Source: a virus
Strand: one strand, 5' to 3'
Length of the DNA: 57,587 nt
UHGV virus genome: UHGV-0383221
Positions 8,914 through 17,220 of the stretch are shown here, in pieces. The translations under genes and the position numbers were made by a program. The stretch's first letter is position 1; each line of letters opens with the position of its first letter. Under the pieces are notes generated by a model, which worked only from the letters and a program-made list of their open reading frames with translations, was not told the origin of the DNA and did no database searches.

Positions 8914-9477
8914 TTGGAGAAGTATATGGAAAACTTTATTCTTGAAATGTCGCTTTCGGATTGCATTCAGTTGATGGGTATAATAACCTCACTCATTACA
9001 AGCATAGCCGCAATCATAATCTCAGTAAAAACTCTTAAACAGAACAGTCTAATGATTGAGGAATCGAGTCGCCCTGTAATTTCAGTCTATACGCAATCTA
9101 TAAATCCTGGTGTTCCAATGTTTTATCTCATTGTAAAAAACTTTGGACAATCTACTGCGTATATGATGAACTTTGAATCTGACTTCGACTTTTCAAACTG
9201 CTATGGAGTTAAAGATACGAGAAACTATATTGAAGATCTCAGCAAATGTGTAATTGCTCCTGGGCAATCCAAAACATGTTGGTTAGATTTTACGGAAATA
9301 AACCGCCCTGTCCATTTTTCAATTCAATATAAATCAGCTACTAAAACGTACACGGAGTGTTTTGATATAGACCTTACTGCCGCGGCTTGCTTACCAACAA
9401 GAAAATATGCAACTGACAATAAGGAGTTATTAAGTATCTCCTATTCTCTCCAAGAAATATTGCTTAAGAATTTATAG
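8914..9477 (+). CDS. N-terminally membrane-anchored protein of unknown function (187 aa), moron-like
   Basis: The only plus-strand gene in this stretch. AT-rich (about 33% GC). One N-terminal transmembrane helix (IITSLITSIAAIIISV). Embedded between minus-strand lysogeny genes. Confidence 0.5.
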   Translation: MEKYMENFILEMSLSDCIQLMGIITSLITSIAAIIISVKTLKQNSLMIEESSRPVISVYTQSINPGVPMFYLIVKNFGQSTAYMMNFESDFDFSNCYGVKDTRNYIEDLSKCVIAPGQSKTCWLDFTEINRPVHFSIQYKSATKTYTECFDIDLTAAACLPTRKYATDNKELLSISYSLQEILLKNL

Positions 9478-9655
9478 GATTGATGATAGAGTATTCACCA
9501 ACTAATTCTCTTGCCTTATCCAAAACAATACGTGCCTTATCAACGCTCAACTTCCTTTCAGCAAACTCATTAATTATTTGAACTGTCAGTTCACTTATTT
9601 CTTCACCACTAAAAATTTCTCTATTTGACATCAATATATCATTCACTACTCTCAC
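9464..9655 (-). CDS. small hypothetical protein (63 aa)
   Basis: Small ORF downstream of the cro-like operon. Confidence 0.3.
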   Translation of the reverse strand: MRVVNDILMSNREIFSGEEISELTVQIINEFAERKLSVDKARIVLDKARELVGEYSIINPINS

Positions 9656-9805
9656 CTCTGTTTTTGATATTTCTTTTGGCTAGCTTTGAACTTGCCCTTC
9701 AAGGTTAGCTACTCTTTTCTCTAATGCTTCTCTACTGATCTTTAGTTTTTGCAGTCTCATTATCCGAAAAATACTCTACAGGAATATCAAAATATTTTGC
9801 AAAGA

Positions 9806-10099
9806 TTAACAAATTGTCAAACAATTCTCACTCCATACATCTGCAAACTGTTTAAACAATTCAAAACAAGCTTCGGCATCTGCATATGTGAGAATCAAGC
9901 TTTTTACATTCCTACTTCGCCCTGTATTCTGCGCATAAAGCGCCCTAGCTGCTGTATCGCACGCATCAGCTAATCCCCACAAGTTTCTGTGGTATGTCTT
10001 TTGCAGTTTGTTCCAATACTCCATATACAAAGAACGGTATATGTAATTGGGAGATAAACCAAAATTGGGACACTCGTTTAAATCAATTGTGATTTTCAT
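9806..10099 (-). CDS. hypothetical protein (97 aa)
   Basis: Intact ORF directly downstream of the cro-like gene. Confidence 0.4.
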   Translation of the reverse strand: MKITIDLNECPNFGLSPNYIYRSLYMEYWNKLQKTYHRNLWGLADACDTAARALYAQNTGRSRNVKSLILTYADAEACFELFKQFADVWSENCLTIC

Positions 10100-10140
10100 T
10101 TGTTCTCACCATCTTTTCATAGTCTTTGCTTTTCCGTATT

Positions 10141-10332
10141 CTACTCTTTTACAAGGTCTGCGACCTGAACACCAATTACGCTTGAAACTTTTTTTAATGT
10201 GTCTATATTTGGGCTTACTTTTCCGTCTTTCCATCTGCTAATACAACCAGCTCCAAGTTCTGCTAATGATTCAATTTCTTGGAAGGTAATGTGCTTTTCT
10301 TTGCAAATTTCTTTTAGGTTGTCATAGACCAT
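10141..10332 (-). CDS. Cro-like XRE-family HTH regulator
   Basis: ITFQEIESLAELGAGCISRWKDGKVSPNIDTLKKVSSVIGV is an XRE HTH. Likely start is MVYDNL (ATG at plus 10330-10332), with a GGAGGAG RBS 7 nt upstream. The ORF track extends to 10380. Divergent from the repressor gene. Confidence 0.65.
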   Translation of the reverse strand: MVYDNLKEICKEKHITFQEIESLAELGAGCISRWKDGKVSPNIDTLKKVSSVIGVQVADLVKE

Positions 10333-10562
10333 TATCTCTCCTCCTTCCATATGTTTTTGTGAATTTGCGATAAATAACAAATTTAAGTTGATTTTTTTTG
10401 CGATTTATAGTAAAATAAAGTCACCACAACAATACTTAACAAACGCATTTTCTGTTTTATATTTGCCATTTATCGCAACTTCTGATTTTATTATACGCGT
10501 TTTTTGGCAAATGTCAAGTTGAGTTTGCGTTTTTTCGCAACTTTTTTTTGAAAGGCAGCCAT
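10333..10562. promoter_or_regulatory. divergent cro/repressor control region with four TTGCGAT-type operator half-sites
   Basis: TTGCGATAAAT at 10365-10375 and its exact inverted copy ATTTATCGCAA at 10468-10478. Related TTGCGATTTAT at 10398-10408 and TTCGCAAC at about 10534-10541. AT-rich. Confidence 0.5.
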
Positions 10563-10985
10563 ATGAACGTAAAAGAAAGAATTCAATTTCTATGTAGAAA
10601 GAATGGGATTACCAGTAAATCATTAGAAGAGCACCTTGGTTTTGGAAAGGGATACATCAGCAAAATAGATAAATCTGCCCCAAATCTATCAAAAATAAAA
10701 CCAATTGCTGATTATTTCGGAGTCACTGTCGATTATCTCATGACTGGAAAAGAGGCCAATAGTGGAGAGGTTGAATTAACGTCTAAAGATGAAAGAGATA
10801 TTACAAATGACTTACGAAAAATGATGGCAAATATCCGAAGTGCCAAGGATGGACCTCTATATTTTGAAGGTAAGGAAATTGACGAGGCATCTATGATACT
10901 GCTTGAAAATGCCTTAGGACATGCCATGAGAGAAACTAAAAAAATCAACAAACAGCGCTTCGGCCGCAGAAAGGACCCCAAATAG
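10548..10985 (+). CDS. ImmR/cI-like XRE-family repressor
   Basis: N-terminal HTH (KERIQFLCRKNGITSKSLEEHLGFGKGYISKI). Paired with a downstream ImmA-type metallopeptidase. Confidence 0.7.
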   Translation: MKGSHMNVKERIQFLCRKNGITSKSLEEHLGFGKGYISKIDKSAPNLSKIKPIADYFGVTVDYLMTGKEANSGEVELTSKDERDITNDLRKMMANIRSAKDGPLYFEGKEIDEASMILLENALGHAMRETKKINKQRFGRRKDPK

Positions 10986-10995
10986 GTGGTTTTGG

Positions 10996-11433
10996 TTGAA
11001 TAGACGTATCAAGCGTATTGTTGCCTATTACAAAAGAAAACTTGGAACCAATGATCCTCTAAAGATAGCGCAGTATCTTAAAATACAGGTGTATTTTTGT
11101 CCATTAGGAAATATTGCAGGAAACTATGTGTATATACGCCGTGTCAAATGGATATTTGTCAATTCAGATATAGGGGATGATGTTTTTAGGCAAATAGTGC
11201 TGGCACATGAATTAGGACATGCCATTCTGCACCCAAAGGAAAACTGTGCCTTTATGGCTCATCACACGCTATTACTGACCAGTCGTATTGAACGCCAGGC
11301 AAATATGTTTGCCGCTCATTTGCTTATTAGTGATAATTTATTAAGAAACTTTTCAGATTTTACCCATAGTCAATTTTGCGACTGCACAGGATACCCCGAA
11401 GAATTATTGAATTTACGTCTTATAGAACAATAA
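10996..11433 (+). CDS. ImmA/IrrE-family zinc metallopeptidase (anti-repressor protease)
   Basis: HEXXH motif VLAHELGHAILHP. Immediately downstream of the repressor, the classic ImmR/ImmA pair. Confidence 0.7.
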   Translation: MNRRIKRIVAYYKRKLGTNDPLKIAQYLKIQVYFCPLGNIAGNYVYIRRVKWIFVNSDIGDDVFRQIVLAHELGHAILHPKENCAFMAHHTLLLTSRIERQANMFAAHLLISDNLLRNFSDFTHSQFCDCTGYPEELLNLRLIEQ

Positions 11434-11593
11434 AAGCTCCTGCGCTACCAACGCAGAAGCTTTCACATAGATACTATTGCCTGATTGAGTCAATGCAATA
11501 ATATAGGCCTCGTAAACCTACTCGTATTATATCATTTGACTTCAAAAATGGCAATGGATGTATTTTGATTACTCATTTTTAGGAGGATATGAT

Positions 11594-12967
11594 ATGGCAG
11601 AAGCAAAACAACTTCCTTCCGGTTCATGGCGTTCCTTGGTATATACACATAGTGAACAGGTGTATGATGATTTAGGGGCACCTGTTCGTTACCAGAATGG
11701 GAAGTTAAAGAAAAAGAAAATGTATGAATCTTTCACAAGTACTCTTCCCGGAAAAAAAGGGAAAAAAGAAGCCGAACGGATGGCCAGTATCTTTGAGGCA
11801 GAAATGGAACGCAAAAGCCGTCCTGAAAGCTGCACTGTCTCTGATGCTATTGATAAATACATTGCATCCTGTGATGCATTGTTATCTCCGACTACCATCC
11901 AGGGATACAGAAAGATGCAGCGTAATGGTTTTAAAGGTATCATGAATATGAAGCTAAAGGACCTTACTACCGAACGGCTCCAAGAAGCTGTAAACGAAGA
12001 AGCTAAGCGGACATCAAAAAGAAATAAGACCAACCCTAAGCCGATATCCGCCAAAACTGTTATCAATGAGTATGGCTTATTAACTGCCGTATTTCAAAAG
12101 TATTACAAATCATTAGATTGCGCTGTACGACTTCCCAAAAAGGATGAAGTAATTAAAGAGCTTCCACCACCAGAAGTTATATATAATATTGTCAAAGATA
12201 CCAAAATAGAACTTGCTGTTATGTTGGCAATGTGGCTCAGTTTTTCTATGTCTGAAATAAGGGGGCTTACCAAATCAAAATCTGTAGATGGTGATTATCT
12301 TACCATCCGTGAAGTGGTCGTTGATGTGGATGGAAAACCACTGCGAAAAGGACAAGCCAAGCAGTCCACTCGCATAAGACGCCATGAAATTCCTCCCTAT
12401 ATAAAAGATTTAATTGACAACGTAGAAACCGATCAGCTTATTACATTAAGTGGACATGCAATATATTGTAGATTCGTCAGATTAATGCAAAAAAACGGAC
12501 TTCCACATATGACATTTCATGATCTGCGTCATATCAATGCATCTGTCATGGCTTTACTCCAGATTCCGGATAAATACGCCCAGGAACGCGGCGGATGGAA
12601 AACAGACTACACAATGAAGAAGGTATATACCCATACTTTCAGTCAAGGACGGTTGGAAGCAGATAATAAAGTTAATGACTACTTTGAGCGATCATTAAAC
12701 CTTGAAACTGAAAATAATACCCCTATATGTGTTGGAAAAATATCAGATACAGATTACATGTTCGTAGTTAATGGATTACAGCGTGTTGTCCGAATTGGTG
12801 ATCGGATACAAATAAAGTATGAGAAAAACAAAAATCTCATCAATGCCCGCGGCTATCTTACTAGTGTTAATTTAGATGAGATGATGCTTGGAAATAGAAA
12901 GTTCCTTATGCGTACAGTAAGAGATTTTATTAATTTGCCACAACACGAGCCACAACACGAAAGTTGA
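11594..12967 (+). CDS. int: tyrosine recombinase / phage integrase
   Basis: C-terminal catalytic region with HDLRH (TFHDLRHINAS) and a downstream tyrosine (KKVYTHTF). Start taken at ATG 11594, 7 nt after an AGGAGG RBS; the ORF track starts at 11558. Followed by an att-like repeat. Confidence 0.7.
   Translation: MAEAKQLPSGSWRSLVYTHSEQVYDDLGAPVRYQNGKLKKKKMYESFTSTLPGKKGKKEAERMASIFEAEMERKSRPESCTVSDAIDKYIASCDALLSPTTIQGYRKMQRNGFKGIMNMKLKDLTTERLQEAVNEEAKRTSKRNKTNPKPISAKTVINEYGLLTAVFQKYYKSLDCAVRLPKKDEVIKELPPPEVIYNIVKDTKIELAVMLAMWLSFSMSEIRGLTKSKSVDGDYLTIREVVVDVDGKPLRKGQAKQSTRIRRHEIPPYIKDLIDNVETDQLITLSGHAIYCRFVRLMQKNGLPHMTFHDLRHINASVMALLQIPDKYAQERGGWKTDYTMKKVYTHTFSQGRLEADNKVNDYFERSLNLETENNTPICVGKISDTDYMFVVNGLQRVVRIGDRIQIKYEKNKNLINARGYLTSVNLDEMMLGNRKFLMRTVRDFINLPQHEPQHES
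12937..12962 (+). repeat. 26 bp direct repeat, copy 1 (GCCACAACACGAGCCACAACACGAAA; itself two CCACAACACGA units)
   Basis: Exact copy again at 13141-13166. Copy 1 forms the last codons of the integrase gene. Confidence 0.6.
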
Positions 12968-13000
12968 AACTGTACGTATTTACAAGCATTATGTAACATC

Positions 13001-13029
13001 GGATTGTGGTTCGATTCCCCTCAGCTCCA
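13001..13029 (+). other. tRNA 3'-end-like fragment (T-loop GGTTCGATTCC + acceptor-like tail), candidate att core
   Basis: GGATTGTGGTTCGATTCCCCTCAGCTCCA carries the canonical T-loop 11-mer. No complete cloverleaf can be built upstream. Confidence 0.35.
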
Positions 13030-13140
13030 TTTTTAAGAGGTACGTATTTGCAGGAAACAACGTAAATACGTACTTTTTATTTTATTTAACCACATTGTAA
13101 ATGTGGTTAAACTAACGAAAAATGTGCATTTTTATGTTGT

Positions 13141-13166
13141 GCCACAACACGAGCCACAACACGAAA
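13141..13166 (+). repeat. 26 bp direct repeat, copy 2
   Basis: Identical to 12937-12962. Confidence 0.6.
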
Positions 13167-13188
13167 TTCAGTCTAAAAGGTATTAATT

Positions 13189-13216
13189 AAGGGATCTCTA
13201 AGGATCCCTCATTTTG
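13189..13216 (+). terminator. rho-independent terminator-like hairpin
   Basis: AAGGGATC-tctaag-GATCCCT stem followed by CATTTTG. Confidence 0.45.
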
Positions 13217-13400
13217 TCAATGAACTCAATTACATCCTGAATCATTCTTTTCTCCTGCTCAGAATGTTCTGCGCTAAGCAGGATACTCCTGAATATCATA
13301 TATTCCTCCTTTCTCATCAAAATTGCCTTGCTACACCACATGCAAATTTTATCATCTGTATCCATACCTCGCCCTCCTTTTAATTAGAGAACGAAGCAGA

Positions 13401-13706
13401 TCACTTTTCCCTTCGCTTTGTCCCGATATCGGGACACTTTTTAAATTTCACTGCTGAATCGAATAAATCCACAATTCCAATATGTAACTCTTCTGCTATC
13501 ATCTCGGCCTCATGGAGGGTCATTGATACCTCTCCATTCTCTATCCTACTCAAAGCCGACTTTGATAATCCAGTCATGATTTCCATCTGCCGAAGGGATA
13601 ATTTCTTCTCTTCTCTTATTTTTTTCAGCAGTATCTTCATAAATATGAATATACCACTTTTCTTTATAAAAATATCTGGAAAAAAGATCCATAAATGGGT
13701 ACACAT
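13401..13706 (-). CDS. XRE-family HTH protein
   Basis: LSLRQMEIMTGLSKSALSRIENGEVSMTLHEAEMIAEEL is an XRE HTH. The true start is likely the internal MKILLKK at about 13638. Confidence 0.5.
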   Translation of the reverse strand: MCTHLWIFFPDIFIKKSGIFIFMKILLKKIREEKKLSLRQMEIMTGLSKSALSRIENGEVSMTLHEAEMIAEELHIGIVDLFDSAVKFKKCPDIGTKRREK

Positions 13707-13810
13707 GGAATAATTGGCTGATCCGGTAGCCCATCTTATATTATTTATATTTACATGTGTTATATAATCTAAACAGCCGGGGATACTAACCTAAAACGAG
13801 AGGTGATCAC

Positions 13811-14621
13811 TATGCCAGCAGCGCACAAGGGAGCAATAAGTTTTGGGCTTGTACACATTCCTGTAGCATTACACACAGCTACACAGGACAACGATATACA
13901 CTTTAATCAGCTTTGCAAGGAGGACGGGTCCCGGGTAAAGTATAAAAAAGTCTGTGCCAATTGCGGCAAGGAAGTAGGCACACAGGATATAATTAAAGGG
14001 TTTGAGTTTGCGCCAGGTCAATATGTGACAATGACTGATGCAGATTTTGAGAAAGCCAAAACCGAAAAGGACAAAACAATCCAAATCCTACATTTTACAG
14101 ATATCCACAACATACGTCCCATCTATTTTGATAAAACGTATCATGCAGTTGTTGAGGCTGGCGGGGATAAAGCCTATGAATTACTCCGCAAGGCCATGTT
14201 AGATGAGGGTAAGGTGGCGATAGCCAAGACTGTAATGGGGCAATCAGAAAAGCTACTCTGTTTGATTCCTACGCCAAAGGGGATGCTTGTTGAAACTCTA
14301 TTTTTTGCGGACGAAGTGAAAGAAATCCCCAAGGAACCAGCGCACCCAGAATTGCAGCAGCAAGAACTGGATATGGCAAAGATGCTTATTAACTCCATGG
14401 ACAAAGAGTTTGAGCCAGAATTGTATCATGATGAATACCAAATAAGGCTAAGGCAAATTATAGAAGCTAAAATAAACGGTCAGGAAATTGTTAATGCACC
14501 AACAGAGCATCAGGACAACGTAATCGATATCATGGAGGCACTGCAGCGTAGCCTTGCGCAGGTATCAGACAATAAGCCTCCGACCAAACGTAAGCCGCGC
14601 AAAAAGGCTGCAACAGCATGA
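13811..14621 (+). CDS. ku: Ku protein (NHEJ DNA end-binding)
   Basis: N-terminal MPAAHKGAISFGLVHIPVALHTA is the hallmark bacterial Ku start. Basic Lys-rich C-terminal tail. ATG at 13811 with a GAGAGGTG RBS; the ORF track begins at an upstream GTG, 13803. Confidence 0.8.
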
Positions 14622-15568
14622 TGGACCTCTTTGACAGTAAAAATATTAAACCAATGCTGATCGGAAAAGAGATGGCTCCATTTGATGATCCAAACTATAT
14701 CTATGAGTTAAAATGGGACGGAGAACGGTGTGTGGCCTATTTGGAGCCAGGTAAGCCGCCAGAGTTACGTAACAAACGTAACGTCCGTATGCTATCCAAA
14801 GTACCAGAGTTGGCAGAAATCAGTAAGCAGGTCAAAAAACGTTGCATTTTGGATGGCGAACTTTTTATCCTTAAAGATGGACGTCCTGACTTTTCCTTGA
14901 TCCAGCGCCGCAGCCTTATGTCAGACCGGTTTAAAATCGAATTAGATTCCAAACATAATCCTGCTACATTTTCGGCCTTTGATATCCTGTACTATGACTG
15001 TCAGGAAACCATGCTCTTACCATTGATGGAACGCAAAGCTCTACTTGACAAATCTATTACAGATGGTCCCCGTATGGCTATCTCGCGCTATGTGGATGGA
15101 CAGGGTACACCACTTTTTGATTTTGCTATAGAAAGGGAACTGGAAGGAATAGTTGCAAAGGTCAAAGACAGTATCTACATCCAAGAAAAAAGGACCACAG
15201 ATTGGATAAAGATGAAGGTTATGATGGAGGATGATTATGTAGTATGTGGATATATCCTAAAAAGCAACCACATGACCAGTATTGTCCTGGGACAGTACCG
15301 GGGCAATACATTAATCTATAAAGGCCACGTTACCATGGGTGTCAGCGGGCAGGCGTTTGATATCATCTCCAGACATTCCACGCTCCCTGCTGCCCCATTT
15401 ATCGCATACCCGGCAGGCCACGGTAATGACCGGGCCGTCTGGCTCTCTCCAGATCTTGTGTGTATAGTCAAGTTTATGCACCGTACAAAATCTGGAGGGA
15501 TGAGACAGCCGGTATTCAAAGGATTACGTTTTGATAAATTGGCAAAAGAATGTATTGAAAATGTTTAG
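14618..15568 (+). CDS. ligD: ATP-dependent DNA ligase, LigD ligase-domain type
   Basis: Motif I ELKWDGERCVAY (K-x-DG-x-R adenylation lysine). 316 aa, ligase domain only, no polymerase or phosphoesterase modules. Start overlaps the Ku stop (ATGA). Confidence 0.75.
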   Translation: MMDLFDSKNIKPMLIGKEMAPFDDPNYIYELKWDGERCVAYLEPGKPPELRNKRNVRMLSKVPELAEISKQVKKRCILDGELFILKDGRPDFSLIQRRSLMSDRFKIELDSKHNPATFSAFDILYYDCQETMLLPLMERKALLDKSITDGPRMAISRYVDGQGTPLFDFAIERELEGIVAKVKDSIYIQEKRTTDWIKMKVMMEDDYVVCGYILKSNHMTSIVLGQYRGNTLIYKGHVTMGVSGQAFDIISRHSTLPAAPFIAYPAGHGNDRAVWLSPDLVCIVKFMHRTKSGGMRQPVFKGLRFDKLAKECIENV

Positions 15569-15604
15569 GCGGGCCCGGTCATCCGGTACCCGCCTCGTTA
15601 CATT
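15569..15604. terminator. bidirectional terminator hairpin between convergent genes
   Basis: GGCGGGCCCGG...CCGGTACCCGCC stem (15569-15594) flanked by T-runs on both strands. Confidence 0.45.
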
Positions 15605-15820
15605 TTAGTTTGACCGTGGACATGGACGCCTATTCCATCTCCCGTCTTCAAATCCTACTCTATAACCATCATTAAAACCTTCCCGATATGCCCAACGCCT
15701 CTCATTGGCGCATGGGTCCCAATTGTTACCCCAGTTTCCGCCCCAGTTATTTCCTCCACCAGAGCTGAACCACCACGGGCAGCAACAGCAGCATCTACAG
15801 CAACATCTACAGCAACACAT
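15605..15820 (-). CDS. Cys-rich / Gly-Asn-Trp-repeat micro-protein (71 aa)
   Basis: MCCCRCCCRCCCCCPWW... followed by GGGNNWGGNWGNNWD repeats. Strong GGAGGAG RBS 7 nt upstream of the ATG (plus 15828-15834). Confidence 0.45.
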   Translation of the reverse strand: MCCCRCCCRCCCCCPWWFSSGGGNNWGGNWGNNWDPCANERRWAYREGFNDGYRVGFEDGRWNRRPCPRSN

Positions 15821-15879
15821 TCTTTTCTCCTCCTCTAATATAGTTTGTACTATATTATATGGGACAGATAGACAAGGTG

Positions 15880-16077
15880 TTACTGCTTCCTTTCCTCCTG
15901 TATCCTCCTCCAGATTTCCTCAAATTCGCCCGGATCCGGCCTGGGAATGACATCATCCGGGACGTGATCCCTGGCCCATTCATACTCTTTCAACAGTTCT
16001 TCATCAGATTCTTTCAGTTTCTCCATATCTCCCATCCTTCCTTGTCTATTCTGTTTTATTTTAATAATACCATACAT
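15880..16077 (-). CDS. small acidic hypothetical protein (65 aa)
   Basis: Highly charged E/K/R/D-rich ORF. Confidence 0.3.
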   Translation of the reverse strand: MYGIIKIKQNRQGRMGDMEKLKESDEELLKEYEWARDHVPDDVIPRPDPGEFEEIWRRIQEERKQ

Positions 16078-16153
16078 TGGGGTCTAAAAACAGAACCTTT
16101 GGTTATATTAATCCTACATCTATAATTGGATTATAAAGGTCAAGGGTGATGAA

Positions 16154-16360
16154 ATGATTAAATATGATAAGCTGTGGAAGACCATGAAAGATAAAGGGAT
16201 CACCCAGTATATGCTGGTGAAAGAGTATAATATCAGTAAATCATTGCTGCACAGATTACGTAACAACCAAGGGGTAAATATGAATACCATTGATACCCTG
16301 TGTGACATACTGGATTGCGACATTGAAGATATAGCAACGCATTACAACAGCGAGGAATAA
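16154..16360 (+). CDS. XRE-family HTH protein (68 aa)
   Basis: ITQYMLVKEYNISKSLLHRLRNNQGVNMNTIDTLCDIL is a typical HTH_XRE. Confidence 0.55.
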   Translation: MIKYDKLWKTMKDKGITQYMLVKEYNISKSLLHRLRNNQGVNMNTIDTLCDILDCDIEDIATHYNSEE

Positions 16361-16377
16361 TCCCCGCTGTCTTTTTA

Positions 16378-17220
16378 TTATTCCCCCAACCCCGGCCACC
16401 GCAGCGCCCCGTCCTGATCGGGCGTCAACACCACCGTATCCATGGACAACTTGCCGTCCTGATCCAGATAATACCACTTATCACCGCTCGCCTGTAGGCC
16501 CTTTACCATTGCCCCATCAGCCCCCAAGTAATACCAATCACCCTTGTACTGATACCAGGTGTTGATCACCATGCGACCGGCGCCGTCAAACCAGTACCAC
16601 TTGCCGTCTGTATCCAGATACCAGCTGTTGCGCACACAATCTCCTGTGTTGCCCAGGTAAAAGCTTCGGGATCCATCTTCGTTCTGTCTCCATCCTGATA
16701 ATTTAGGTTCCTCCGGCTCCATCACTGCATCATCCTGTATGTATCGTTTTACAGCCACCAGACCCTTCCTCCAGCCCCCAGATGCCCAGGAGTTATACCG
16801 GCTCTTGCAGTAGGCCGCCAGGTCTTTGTAGGACGGTCTGCCTGATCCATGTCCGCAGATGATACCATCTCCGCAGTACATCTCCACGTGGCCGATCCGC
16901 TTTGGCCTGCTGGCATCCGTACCGGCAAACAGCAGCATGTCTCCTGGCCGTAACCGGGACGTGTCAGGGATGCCCTGGGCTATGTCTGCATCCACCGTGG
17001 TCAGTTTGGCAGAGTTGTACATGCCCGCGGTATTTGTGATCCCGAAGCCTTGCCCTGTCTGCTGATAAGCGTAGCAGATGGATGATGAGCAATCACTGTA
17101 GTAGTTGCCGTCCTTGTATGCCTTATAGCAATAATCCCGCAAGGACTGGCTGTATATGTTGCGGCCTATGATCTCTGCGTACTTGTCGATCACGGCCTGT
17201 CTCCTTAATAATGCTGTCAT
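16378..17220 (-). CDS. endolysin: NlpC/P60- or CHAP-type peptidase + cell-wall-binding (choline-binding-type) repeats
   Basis: N-terminal Cys/His catalytic residues (CSSSICYAYQQTG... GHVEMYCGDG). C-terminal repeated GDxWYYLxxDGxM motifs (DGKWYWFDGAGRMV, GDWYYLGADGAMVKG, DKWYYLDQDGKL). Confidence 0.7.
   Translation of the reverse strand: MTALLRRQAVIDKYAEIIGRNIYSQSLRDYCYKAYKDGNYYSDCSSSICYAYQQTGQGFGITNTAGMYNSAKLTTVDADIAQGIPDTSRLRPGDMLLFAGTDASRPKRIGHVEMYCGDGIICGHGSGRPSYKDLAAYCKSRYNSWASGGWRKGLVAVKRYIQDDAVMEPEEPKLSGWRQNEDGSRSFYLGNTGDCVRNSWYLDTDGKWYWFDGAGRMVINTWYQYKGDWYYLGADGAMVKGLQASGDKWYYLDQDGKLSMDTVVLTPDQDGALRWPGLGE

Noticed and set aside
11689-12066. ORFs 11689-12066 (-) and 11724-11945 (+) inside the integrase gene
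   Set aside because: They are embedded in a well-supported integrase coding region. Translations are junk-like and no start signals are present.
12961-13029. Complete tRNA gene ending at 13029
   Set aside because: A T-loop 11-mer and acceptor-like tail are present, but no T-stem, anticodon arm or 5' acceptor strand can be paired. It was kept only as a tRNA-derived fragment.
15705-15950. Plus-strand ORF 15705-15950 (Q/H/L-repeat protein)
   Set aside because: Antisense to the Cys-rich micro-gene, which has the convincing RBS. The repeat-driven composition is low-complexity.
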